Shown here: one piece after another, positions 15,550 to 24,464 of the stretch
Layout of the letters: every line of letters begins with the position of its first letter
How positions within the stretch are numbered: the first letter of the stretch is position 1
Source of the DNA: a virus
Taxonomy: Duplodnaviria > Caudoviricetes
Virus record (IMG/VR): IMGVR_UViG_3300030606_000042
Location: 1-25,725 of that record
DNA length: 25,725 nucleotides
Strand: one strand, 5' to 3'
Notes under the pieces: generated by a model
Databases searched by the model: none
What the model was told of the DNA's origin: nothing
The model's input: the letters and a program-made list of their open reading frames with translations, nothing else
Made by a program: the position numbers and the translations under genes

Positions 15550-18438
15550 ATGGCCCGCAAGACCCAGACCCTGACGCAGAAGATCGCCCTGACCGGCGGC
15601 AAGGAGATCCGCGAGGAACTCGTTGCCCTCGGCAAGAACGGCGAGGCGGCGTTCGAGCAGCTCGCCGAAGCCGCCGCCAAGCTCAACGGCCCGCTGGCCA
15701 AGGTGTCCGAGCGGGTCGAGGAGATGCGGGCCGATTCCGAGCGGCTGCGCCGGGAGGTGGCCGGCCTGGGCACCCAATTCCGCGGCCTGGGCTCGTCGAT
15801 CGGCTCGATGGTGGCGCGGCTGACGGTGCTGGGGGCCGGCTTCGCCGCGGTCGGCGTCGGCATCGCCAAGGTGGCGCAGGCCGGTGCCGAGGCAGCGGAC
15901 GCCGCCGGCAAGCAAGCCCAGGCGGTCGGGCTGACCGTCGAGGCTTATGGCGGCCTGCAGTACGCCGCCGAGCAGTCCGGCGTGAAGACCGCGCAGTTCG
16001 CCCAGGCGATGACCGTGCTCAGCACCAAGCTCAAGGACGCCGCCGACAAGGCGATCGCGCCTGCGGGCGAGGCGATCAAGCGCGTCGGCGGCGACATCTT
16101 CGGCACCGGCGTCATCGTCAATCGCCTGGTCGACGGACTTGGGGCGACCGCGCCGGCCGGCAAGGCCGCGACCAATGTGTTCGCCCGGCTCGGCATCGCC
16201 ACCCGCGACGCCGACGGCAAGATCCGCTCGGTCGAGGCCGTGCTCGGCGACCTCGCCGAGATCTTCGCCGCCATGCCCGACGGCGTCGAGAAAACCGCCC
16301 TGTCGGTCGAGGCGCTCGGCCAGGAGGCGGGGCCCAAGCTGATCCCGCTGCTCAATGGCGGCCGGAAGGCGCTCAGGGAGTGGTTCGAGGAGGCGCGCCG
16401 CCTGGGCCTGATCTTCACCGAGCAGCAGGTCAGGGTCGCCGAGGCGATGGTCATCAGCCGCGAGCGTCTCGAGCGCACGGTGGCCGGCCTGCGCAACCAG
16501 ATCGGCCTGCTGTTCGCGCCGCAGATCACCCGCGGCCAGGACGCGCTGACCGGCCTGATCGAGAAGTATCGCGCCCAGATCCAGGACTTCGCCACCGCGG
16601 TGGTCGGCCGCGGCATCCAGGTGGTCAACGAGTTCATCGCCGCCCTGCAGGGCCGGGACGCCGCGGTCTCTGCGCACAATTCCTTCCTGCTGCCGATTCG
16701 CGATGCTGTGGTCGTCGCCATCGACGGGTTCAGGCTGTTCGCCAATGTGGTGCGCACGGTGGTGACCGACGTCGTCCTGCCGGCTCTCGATCTGGTCGCC
16801 GCCGGCGTCAACCGGTTGTTCGGCACCGATATCGGCGCCGGCGCGCTGCTGTTCGCCCTGGCGCTCGCCCAGGTGACCGGGGCGCTCGGCGTGCTGTTCG
16901 CCGCCTTGCGGGTCGGCGCCTCGCTGGTGACCACCTTCGTCGCCGCGCTCGCCCTGCTGTCGCGGGTGACCGGCCTCACCGCCCTGTTCGCCGGCCTCGC
17001 CGCCCAGGTCACGGCCGCCGGCGGCGCCTTCGCCGCTCTGGTGCGCGCGGCCGCCCCGCTCGGTGCCGTGATCGCCACCATCGCCCGGGCCATCGTGCCG
17101 CTGCTCCCCGTCCTGCTCGGCTGGCCGGCGCTGATCGTTGCCGCCATCACGGCCGCCGTGGCTGCTGTCGTGCTCTACTGGGAGGAGATCAAGGCGGGTG
17201 CGGCCGCCACCTTCGACTTCATCAAGTCCCTGTTCGCCGATCCGGCCCGGCTGTTCTCGGCCTTCGCCGCCCTCGGCGCCGGCATTTTCAACGGCGTGAT
17301 CGCCGCGGCCGAATTCGCCTGGGACGCCATCAAGGCCGGTGCAGACCTGGCCGTCCAGGGCATCGAACTGGTGTTCTCCGGCCTCGGGACCGTGCTGACC
17401 GGCTTCTGGACGGCGGTCGGTGCAGCCGCGGGCTCGGCCTTCGCCGCCATCACGTCCGCTGCCACGGCCGCTGTGCAGGGCGTGGCGACCATCTGGGCCT
17501 CGATCGCTGATGCGGGCGCCACCGCCTTTGCCAATGCCCAGGCTGGCGCCGCGGCGCTGTGGGACGGCATCGTTTCCCTGTTCCAGACCCGCGCCGCGGA
17601 AGCCTCGGCCGTATTCGACGGCCTGGTCGCCGAGGTGCAAGCCAAGGCCAACGAGGTCGCCGCGGCCTTCGACGCCGCGCCCGGGCGGATCGCGTCGGCC
17701 TTCTCCGGACTCGCCTCGACCCTGCGCACCGTGTTCGCCTCGGTGGTCTCTGCGATCCGTTCGCAACTGTCGAGCCTGGAATCCGCTGTCAAGTCGCTGG
17801 TCTCGCGGCTCAGCGCCGAGCTCGCCCGCCTGCGGGCGGCGATCGCCGCGGCCAAGGCCCAGGCCTCGTCCTCGTCGGGCAGTGGGGCCCAGGGCTTTGC
17901 CGGCGGCGGCCTGATCCGCGGCCCGGGCGGGCCGACGTCCGACTCGATCCTCGCCTGGCTGTCCGACACGGAGTTCGTTACCCGCGCCGCTGCGGTCCGG
18001 CACTATGGCGTCGCCTTCATGCAGGCCATCAACTCCATGCGCCTGCCCAAGGCGCTCGCCCAGCGGCTGACGGCGGCGGCGGGATCGGGCCCCGGCGCAC
18101 GGCGTGCGCTGGCTCCCGGACCAGGTTCGGGGCTGGCCCCCGGATCAGGTCCGGGGCTCGACCTGTCGCGCCTGGCCGACCTGCCGCGCTTTGCCACGGG
18201 CGGCCTGGTGGCGGCGCTTGGCGCCGGCCTTGCCGGTCCGGCGCCGCTGCCGCTGGCGGCGGCGGGCGATGCCGGCCCGGCCCGGCGCCTCGAGCTCGAC
18301 CTCACCATCGGCGGCGAACGCTTCCCCGGCCTGGTCGTCCAGGACCAGGACACCGCCCGCCGGCTGCTGCGCTTCGTCTCCGCCGAGCAGATGCGCTCGA
18401 CCTACACCGGCGGCCGACCCCCGCGCCACAAGGGCTGA
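15550..18438 (+). CDS. Tape measure protein
   Basis: 962 aa Ala-rich helical protein with periodic W/F residues and a hydrophobic middle. C-terminal FAGGGLIRGPGGPTSDSILAWLSDTEFV and FATGG motifs. Confidence 0.93.
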   Translation: MARKTQTLTQKIALTGGKEIREELVALGKNGEAAFEQLAEAAAKLNGPLAKVSERVEEMRADSERLRREVAGLGTQFRGLGSSIGSMVARLTVLGAGFAAVGVGIAKVAQAGAEAADAAGKQAQAVGLTVEAYGGLQYAAEQSGVKTAQFAQAMTVLSTKLKDAADKAIAPAGEAIKRVGGDIFGTGVIVNRLVDGLGATAPAGKAATNVFARLGIATRDADGKIRSVEAVLGDLAEIFAAMPDGVEKTALSVEALGQEAGPKLIPLLNGGRKALREWFEEARRLGLIFTEQQVRVAEAMVISRERLERTVAGLRNQIGLLFAPQITRGQDALTGLIEKYRAQIQDFATAVVGRGIQVVNEFIAALQGRDAAVSAHNSFLLPIRDAVVVAIDGFRLFANVVRTVVTDVVLPALDLVAAGVNRLFGTDIGAGALLFALALAQVTGALGVLFAALRVGASLVTTFVAALALLSRVTGLTALFAGLAAQVTAAGGAFAALVRAAAPLGAVIATIARAIVPLLPVLLGWPALIVAAITAAVAAVVLYWEEIKAGAAATFDFIKSLFADPARLFSAFAALGAGIFNGVIAAAEFAWDAIKAGADLAVQGIELVFSGLGTVLTGFWTAVGAAAGSAFAAITSAATAAVQGVATIWASIADAGATAFANAQAGAAALWDGIVSLFQTRAAEASAVFDGLVAEVQAKANEVAAAFDAAPGRIASAFSGLASTLRTVFASVVSAIRSQLSSLESAVKSLVSRLSAELARLRAAIAAAKAQASSSSGSGAQGFAGGGLIRGPGGPTSDSILAWLSDTEFVTRAAAVRHYGVAFMQAINSMRLPKALAQRLTAAAGSGPGARRALAPGPGSGLAPGSGPGLDLSRLADLPRFATGGLVAALGAGLAGPAPLPLAAAGDAGPARRLELDLTIGGERFPGLVVQDQDTARRLLRFVSAEQMRSTYTGGRPPRHKG
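18114..18156. repeat. Tandem REP-like hairpins inside the tape measure CDS
   Basis: TCCCGGACCAGGTTCGGGG (18114-18132) and CCCCGGATCAGGTCCGGGG (18138-18156), 24-nt period, translated as LAPGPGSG-LAPGSGPG. Confidence 0.75.
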
Positions 18439-18441
18439 GAG

Positions 18442-18864
18442 ATGCCGGATCCGAACACCGTCCTGGTGATCTCGACCTTCGGCGTGCCGCGCTATTCCGC
18501 CCGCGGGCTGGTGCAGACGCTGGCGCCGATCGCCACCGCCCTGCAGCGCACGATCAATGGCGAGCTCCAGGACGTGCTGGCGCCGCAGTTCCGCAAATTC
18601 GCCAGCTCGATCATCGGCACCGACCAGACACCGCCGGCCAACTCCGGTCTGTGGCCGGGGCAGCTGGTCACGGTCGACTGCATCGCCGAGCTCGCCTATC
18701 TGACCGCCACGGGCAGCGCGGAGCGCGCCGTGGTCGCCTCGCGCACCGAGGGTGAGTGGACGTTTTTCCGGCCGCGGCTGTCGATGCGGATCGCCGACTG
18801 GTCGACGCGCACCGACGAATGGGGCGCGACGGTCGGCTGGCAGCTGGATCTGCTGGAGGCATGA
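18442..18864 (+). CDS. Distal tail protein (Dit-like)
   Basis: 140 aa directly after the tape measure. Motifs YSARGLVQTL, RTINGEL and WQLDLLE. Confidence 0.65.
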   Translation: MPDPNTVLVISTFGVPRYSARGLVQTLAPIATALQRTINGELQDVLAPQFRKFASSIIGTDQTPPANSGLWPGQLVTVDCIAELAYLTATGSAERAVVASRTEGEWTFFRPRLSMRIADWSTRTDEWGATVGWQLDLLEA

Positions 18865-20678
18865 CCGCCCGGTTCACATTCGCCTGGGTCGACGCGCACG
18901 AGACGACCTTCGGGCCTGAGCACGACCGCGAGGACGACAAGATCTTCGGCTTCCGGGTCGACCATTCCGAGGGCAATTTTGCCGCACTCGAGATCGACCT
19001 GGTCAATCCGAAGCTCGGCCTGCTCGGGCCGGGGCGCAAGGTCTGGGCGTGGCTCGGCTGGGACGACGGCTCGACCGCTGGTGTCGTGCCGCTGTTCTTC
19101 GGCAAGCTGAAGGGGTTTCCCGACGAGATCTCGGCCGAGATCGTGCGCCTGACGCTCAGGGCCCGGCCGGCGGACTTCGCCGCCCAGAAGGCGGCCCTCG
19201 CCGAAACGCTCAAGGTGGCGCCGTGGTGGGACCCGGTGTGGATCACGCCGGACCGCCAGGCGGATCCCGACGCCGTGCTCGACGCCCGCACCGCGGCCTG
19301 GCATGTCGACCGGCTGACCGGCGTGGTGACGATCTCCGATACCGTGTCCGGCGAGGCAGGCACTGCCGACTTCGCCGACCGGCACTTCTACGACGGCCTG
19401 GCCGTCGCCGTCAGGCAGCAGCCGGTGCGGCGCATCGACGGACGCGCCACGATCCGATACGACCAGCGCGCGGTGGGCTCGGTGGATCTGCGCGCGGCGA
19501 TCGTCGCCGCCTTCAAGGCGTCAGGCACCACTGCCGCCAACGCCATCTCCAGCTTCACCGGCGCCGGCCTCGCCGAGGACTGGCCGGAGCGCGGCGACCG
19601 CATCGGCGCCGGCTGGACCGTGGGCACCTCCCGCGTCGCCCGCGCCGACGGCAAGGCCTTCCCGGTGGAGTACCAGCAGGTGGTGATCACCTCGACCGAC
19701 GCCAGCCAGGAGCCGCCCTACACGGTCGGCGACGTCAATGCGGTCGCCCACTTTCCGCTGTGGCGTCTGCATCCGACCTTCGAGGCCGACTACGACGCCG
19801 CCCGCACGCGCACCGAGACCGTCACCTTCACCCTGCTGGCGGACGTCCAGGACCTGCTGCTCGACATCGACGACGAGGACGCCCTGCCGCTGGTCATGAC
19901 CTCCTCGGCGGTGGGCGAGCCGATCGACGCGCCGACCACCGACGACCCCGACGGCGCGCTGCCGGTGTTCGATCCGCGCCGCAAGGCCTACTTCCCGACC
20001 GACCGCGGCCGCATCAGCCTGGAATACGTGCTGGCGCGGGCGCGCAAGGACCTGCTGGCGCGGGCGCGCGCGGTCGAGATCTCGGGTGCCGTGCCGTTCG
20101 AAGACGCGATCGGGCTCAGCTGCCGGATGAACGCGGTTCTCGACGACGACCGCCTGCCGGGCGGCACCGCTGCCGGCAAGATCATCGGCTACACCTTCGG
20201 CCTCGACGGGGCGACCGGCAAGCTCGAGGCCAGCGTGCTGATCGCCTGCACCCTGGGCCGCGGCAACGCGGTGACGGGGGCGACCGGCACGCCGGTCTAT
20301 GTCGAGGCCGGCGTGCTCGAGGACGGTATCCAGCTCCACGACGGCCGGGTGATCGAGGCGGTCGCCGGCGACGTCACCTATGACGAGTTCGACGATTCCG
20401 GCGTCGACGACGACGGCGTCGACTTCTTCCAAATGACCCCGGCCCGGGTGGTGGTGGGACTCGAGGTCCAGGGCGGCGAGACCGAGCAGCGCCAGGTGCT
20501 GCAGGCCTTCGCCCAGGACCTGTCGGTGGCGGTCTCGGCGGTCAACCAGGTGCACACCCGGGTGCTGCTCGACCTGGTGGCGCTCAACACCGGGCCGTTC
20601 GAGACCACGTTTCCGATCACGGTCTCGGCGCTCATGGTGCCGATGACCATCGACCTCGAGGCGGGGGCATCGACCTGA
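18861..20678 (+). CDS. Baseplate hub / tail tip protein (605 aa)
   Basis: ATGA overlap, RBS GGAGG. Motifs PLFFGKL.G.P, DAVLDAR...WHVDR and LSCRMN..L.D.RLPGG.A.GKI..Y. Position after Dit. Confidence 0.65.
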   Translation: MTARFTFAWVDAHETTFGPEHDREDDKIFGFRVDHSEGNFAALEIDLVNPKLGLLGPGRKVWAWLGWDDGSTAGVVPLFFGKLKGFPDEISAEIVRLTLRARPADFAAQKAALAETLKVAPWWDPVWITPDRQADPDAVLDARTAAWHVDRLTGVVTISDTVSGEAGTADFADRHFYDGLAVAVRQQPVRRIDGRATIRYDQRAVGSVDLRAAIVAAFKASGTTAANAISSFTGAGLAEDWPERGDRIGAGWTVGTSRVARADGKAFPVEYQQVVITSTDASQEPPYTVGDVNAVAHFPLWRLHPTFEADYDAARTRTETVTFTLLADVQDLLLDIDDEDALPLVMTSSAVGEPIDAPTTDDPDGALPVFDPRRKAYFPTDRGRISLEYVLARARKDLLARARAVEISGAVPFEDAIGLSCRMNAVLDDDRLPGGTAAGKIIGYTFGLDGATGKLEASVLIACTLGRGNAVTGATGTPVYVEAGVLEDGIQLHDGRVIEAVAGDVTYDEFDDSGVDDDGVDFFQMTPARVVVGLEVQGGETEQRQVLQAFAQDLSVAVSAVNQVHTRVLLDLVALNTGPFETTFPITVSALMVPMTIDLEAGAST

Positions 20679-20679
20679 C

Positions 20680-21261
20680 ATGGCGTTCTCAGGGTCCGGT
20701 GCCAACCAGTTCTCGGGCAACAGCCCGGGCGGCCTCGGCTTCATCAAACCCGGTACGGTCACCGGCGGCGGCACCGGCGTCAGCCAGGGGTCGGGCAATG
20801 GCGGCACCATCGTCAACCCGGCCAACCTCGTCGGCCCGCAGATCCTCCCGTCTGGAGCCGTTTGGCTCGGCGGCAGCCTGGCCGAGTTCCTGCGCTTCGC
20901 CCAGGAGACCGCGCCGCAGCCACAGGACAATGCCCTGCTGCAGCGCCTGATCGCACGGCGCAACGCGCCGGGCGAGCGCACGCAAGCCTCGATCACCTGG
21001 GGCGGGCCGTCCGACATCCTGTTCCAGGCCGCGCCCGACAAGGTGCCGACCACCGGGCTGATCCAGGGCGGCGGCGGCGACGATCCCGACGATGGCGAGC
21101 CGCCGGAGCTGGTCTACAACGAGATCGAGCGCTCCACCCACGAGAAGCGGGTGACCAACCCGGAGGATCCCGACAGCTGGGTCGACGTCGAGGTTATCGA
21201 CGACATCCTCTTCCGCGGCCCGGACGGGCGCCGCCACAGGTTCGTGCTGGCCAATGACTGA
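20680..21261 (+). CDS. Tail-tip associated hypothetical protein
   Basis: Tightly packed in the operon. Gly-rich N-terminus and C-terminal EIERSTHEKRVTNPEDPDSWVDVEVID segment. Confidence 0.6.
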   Translation: MAFSGSGANQFSGNSPGGLGFIKPGTVTGGGTGVSQGSGNGGTIVNPANLVGPQILPSGAVWLGGSLAEFLRFAQETAPQPQDNALLQRLIARRNAPGERTQASITWGGPSDILFQAAPDKVPTTGLIQGGGGDDPDDGEPPELVYNEIERSTHEKRVTNPEDPDSWVDVEVIDDILFRGPDGRRHRFVLAND

Positions 21262-21982
21262 CCCGGTCCGCCTCGATCCGTTCCAGAACATCGTCAACGT
21301 CCACTGGCCAAGTCACCTCGCCGTCAGCCTGGGCGTGGACGTCTGGAAGGAACACGATTCCATCACGTGCAGCACGCCGGAGACATCGGACACCAACCGC
21401 CACGGCGGATTCCTCACCAAGTCGCAATACCGATACACGTCGGAGGACAAGATCCTCGCGGCGGCCAAGCGCATCGCCGGGCAATGGCAGACCGTGGGCG
21501 GCGCTACTTCATCCGGACTGCCGGGCGACTCGCCGGAATTCTCGTTCGGCCCGTTCGAATACCCGGCCGACGGCGCTGCGGGCATGTACGAGCGCAACGA
21601 CTTCTGGCCGTGGGGGCGATGGCAGGCCGTTACCGGCACCGAAATGGATCTGACGGTGCCCGGCGACCCGTCGAAGACGTTCAGGGAAGGGACGTCGGCG
21701 ACGTTCGAGACCTACGGCGACATCTACACCAGCGGCCCGACGTGCAATGTGCTGCCGTCCGGCATCGGGCAGGCTGCCTTCTATTCGGAGACCGTCACGA
21801 GCATCGTCGGGCGCGGCTCCGGCGACTTCGCATGGTCTCCGCACGCATTCGATTTTTCCGCCGCCGTGGTGCGCGTCGCCGGCAAGGCCTACCGGCCGGT
21901 CGGGCGCATGACGGCCGGCGACGCAAGCCAGACGCGGGTCCTGTGGCTGCTGTGCAAGCGGTCGCCGGGCGACGACGAATAG
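21254..21982 (+). CDS. Tail-associated hypothetical protein (242 aa)
   Basis: 8-nt overlap with the upstream gene. Starts RLDPFQNIVNVHW. Beta-rich and Thr/Ser/Gly-rich. Confidence 0.6.
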   Translation: MTDPVRLDPFQNIVNVHWPSHLAVSLGVDVWKEHDSITCSTPETSDTNRHGGFLTKSQYRYTSEDKILAAAKRIAGQWQTVGGATSSGLPGDSPEFSFGPFEYPADGAAGMYERNDFWPWGRWQAVTGTEMDLTVPGDPSKTFREGTSATFETYGDIYTSGPTCNVLPSGIGQAAFYSETVTSIVGRGSGDFAWSPHAFDFSAAVVRVAGKAYRPVGRMTAGDASQTRVLWLLCKRSPGDDE

Positions 21983-21991
21983 GAGCCTCGC

Positions 21992-22819
21992 ATGCCCCTC
22001 ACCTATCGCGGCCCCGGCGCCTGGGGCGCCGGCAAGGGCTCGGCCCTGTCAGCGGCCGAGTTCGACGGCAACACCTGGGAGCTGGTGCAGCTGATCGCGG
22101 CCGCCGCCGGCACGCAGGGCGCCTCGGTCTCGAACATCGTCAAGTCCGGCAACCAGCTGACGATCTACCTCGACAACGGCACCGAGTTCGGGCCGTTCAC
22201 CCTGCCGGTGGCCACCTTCCGCTGGCGGGGCGGCTTCGTCGGCGGCACCACCTATGCCGGCCTCGACCTCATCCCGGTCGAAGGCGTCGGCGTCGTCATC
22301 GTGCTGCGCGACCACGTCGCCGACCCGACCTTCGACATCGCCGCCGAGATCACCGACGGGCCGCTCTACCAGCTGATCTTCGGCGCATTGCGCCTCGACG
22401 ACCTCGCCGACGTCGAGATCGCCACCGCCGGCCCCGCCGATGGCGACGTGCTGGTGTTCGATGCCGCCGCCGGCCTGTGGATGCCCGGCGTCATCCCCGG
22501 CGCCCCGGTGGCGAGCGAGGCCGGCGCCGCCTTCACCCCCGCCCTCGACGCCGCCGGGTATTGGCTGCGCATGACCAACGGCGCGGGGTGCGTCGTCACC
22601 CTGCCCGACGACGGCGAGGTCCCGTTCCCGGTCCGCACCGAGCTGCATTTCGAGCAGGTCGGCGGGCCGCTCCTGTTCGAGGCCGCGACCGGGGCGGTGG
22701 TCACGCCCATGGCCGGCCGCGAGGCGGCCACCGATACCGACGGCGCGGTGGTAACCGCGAAGAAGGTGGCGGCGGACACCTGGCGCCTGTTCGGCGCGCT
22801 GGCCGAGGCGACCGCGTGA
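21992..22819 (+). CDS. Tail fibre-like structural protein
   Basis: RBS AGGAG. N-terminal GKGSALSAAEFDGN, central LDDLADVEI..ADGDVLVFDAAAGLW fibre motif, C-terminal VTLP..FPVRTELHFEQ..KKVAADTWRLFGAL. Confidence 0.7.
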   Translation: MPLTYRGPGAWGAGKGSALSAAEFDGNTWELVQLIAAAAGTQGASVSNIVKSGNQLTIYLDNGTEFGPFTLPVATFRWRGGFVGGTTYAGLDLIPVEGVGVVIVLRDHVADPTFDIAAEITDGPLYQLIFGALRLDDLADVEIATAGPADGDVLVFDAAAGLWMPGVIPGAPVASEAGAAFTPALDAAGYWLRMTNGAGCVVTLPDDGEVPFPVRTELHFEQVGGPLLFEAATGAVVTPMAGREAATDTDGAVVTAKKVAADTWRLFGALAEATA

Positions 22820-24105
22820 TCCCCGGCATCGTCGCCGCGCAAGGGTCTGCCGGCGGCGGCGCGGCGGGCACGACGGATCAGTTGTTCGCGGTCGGCGCGT
22901 TCGCCACGCCCCTGTCCACCGGCAACCAGGACATCACGCTGGCGTCGATCAGCGACCATACGCCCAAGGCCGCGCTGTTCTTCCCGACTGTCGCCACCGA
23001 GGCGACCACGATATTCGACGACGCCTTCATCGGCCGGGGTGCCGCCGACGGCACCAACGAGTTCGCCCTGTGCACATGGAGCCAGCACGGCGCCGCGGGC
23101 AACACGAATCACCGGGCAGGGGTCACCGATGCCTGCGTCCTGATCGAGGACGCATCCGGCATCATCGCCGAGGCGTCGTTCGTCTCGTTCATCCCCGGCG
23201 GCATAAGGATCAACTGGACGACAGTCGATGCGTCGAACAGCTACAAATGCCTGATCGTCCTGCTCGCCGGCGACAATCTGTCGGCACAAGCGGGCACCAC
23301 GCTTCATCCCGCGGCCGGGACGACCGTCTCTCTGGGCTTCGAGCCGGAGATCATTTTTACATTCGGGTACAACGATACAATCCCGGAAACCACGTCCACG
23401 GAGTTTTCCTTTTCCGAAGGCATCACCACCTGGGATGGCGCCACCATCCTCGACCAGGGCGTGGCCACGGTTGGCGGCCTCGAAGGCGCGAGCGCGAGCG
23501 GCAGCGAGGACACCAGGCGGCTGCAATATTACTCGAATGCCGTCTCCGGGGCGCAGGCCCTGCGCAACGCGACCACGCAATACCTGACCTTCGTCACCGC
23601 CGTCGACGCGACGTCGTTCACGATCCGGGCGAACAACAACAACACGCCGGCCAACACCCACCAGGTCGGCTACCTGGCCTTGAGCTGGGTCGGCGACGTC
23701 GCCATCCATTTCGATGACTTCACGGCGCCGTTCAGCGGATCGCCGCAAACAGTCTCCGGTGTGGGGTTCCGCCCGACGTTCGTCTATGCGGTGATGAATT
23801 ACGTGCCGTCGACCAACGGCTTCCAGTTGGGCATTCCGGGCTATGGACCGGCGATCGCCTCGGCCGAAGACGGAAACTTCAGCGCCTGCTTCGTCGCCAA
23901 GCACAATTGGCCTGCCAGCGCACCGAACACGACGCAGGAATTCACCAGCATGAGCGAGACGGTTTTGAGGAAGATCGCCTCGCCGACTGTAAACGGGAGC
24001 ATCGGCGAGATCTTCCAGTTCAATCCCGACGGCTTCGACCTCAACTGGTCGGAAAATCAGGCGTGGGACTCCCCCTGGCCGTTCCTGTGTCTGGCAAAAA
24101 TATAG
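22816..24105 (+). CDS. Putative receptor-binding/fibre protein with three internal repeats (429 aa)
   Basis: GTG start overlapping the previous stop (GTGA), beginning IPGIVAAQ. Repeats HTPKAALFF / GFEPEIIFTF / GFRPTFVYAV. Visibly lower GC than the core genes. Confidence 0.7.
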   Translation: MIPGIVAAQGSAGGGAAGTTDQLFAVGAFATPLSTGNQDITLASISDHTPKAALFFPTVATEATTIFDDAFIGRGAADGTNEFALCTWSQHGAAGNTNHRAGVTDACVLIEDASGIIAEASFVSFIPGGIRINWTTVDASNSYKCLIVLLAGDNLSAQAGTTLHPAAGTTVSLGFEPEIIFTFGYNDTIPETTSTEFSFSEGITTWDGATILDQGVATVGGLEGASASGSEDTRRLQYYSNAVSGAQALRNATTQYLTFVTAVDATSFTIRANNNNTPANTHQVGYLALSWVGDVAIHFDDFTAPFSGSPQTVSGVGFRPTFVYAVMNYVPSTNGFQLGIPGYGPAIASAEDGNFSACFVAKHNWPASAPNTTQEFTSMSETVLRKIASPTVNGSIGEIFQFNPDGFDLNWSENQAWDSPWPFLCLAKI

Positions 24106-24140
24106 CCGCCCTCACCGAGATCCCAACATAGGAGATTCCC

Positions 24141-24461
24141 ATGGCGCTGATCGTCACCTTCACCAGTCACGTGCTCGCGTCCCGTCCGGTCCATGTGGCG
24201 CCGCTGTCGGTCGGGGCCGCCGCCCGCACCGAGCAGCTCGAGCCCGCCACCGCCTCGGCGGTCACCACGCTCGCCGCCGAGGCCGGTGAGGACGTGGTCG
24301 AGCTGCTGGCGCAGGAAGACTGCTGGTATGCGATCGGCGCGGATCCGGACGCCGAGATCCCGTCGGCCCCCGGCTCGGCGTCGCGGCCGCTGCTGGCCGG
24401 CGAGCGCACCGAGAAGTCGGTCAGCCCCGGCGACAAGGTCGCCGTGATCGCGGCGGCCTGA
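24141..24461 (+). CDS. Small virion-associated beta protein (106 aa)
   Basis: RBS AGGAG. DCWYAIGADP.A and PLLAGE...VSPGDKVAVIA pattern seen in small phage structural ORFs. Confidence 0.65.
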   Translation: MALIVTFTSHVLASRPVHVAPLSVGAAARTEQLEPATASAVTTLAAEAGEDVVELLAQEDCWYAIGADPDAEIPSAPGSASRPLLAGERTEKSVSPGDKVAVIAAA

Positions 24462-24464
24462 CCG

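Noticed and set aside
14761-18003. Very long minus-strand ORF (1080 aa) and similar ones (2652-4301, 19521-21053, 22366-23904)
   Set aside because: Antisense shadows of GC-rich, codon-biased + strand genes. No recognisable motifs.
4854-18156. Palindromic repeats as a CRISPR array or IS ends
   Set aside because: Copies are dispersed over kilobases without regular spacers, and there is no cas or transposase gene.
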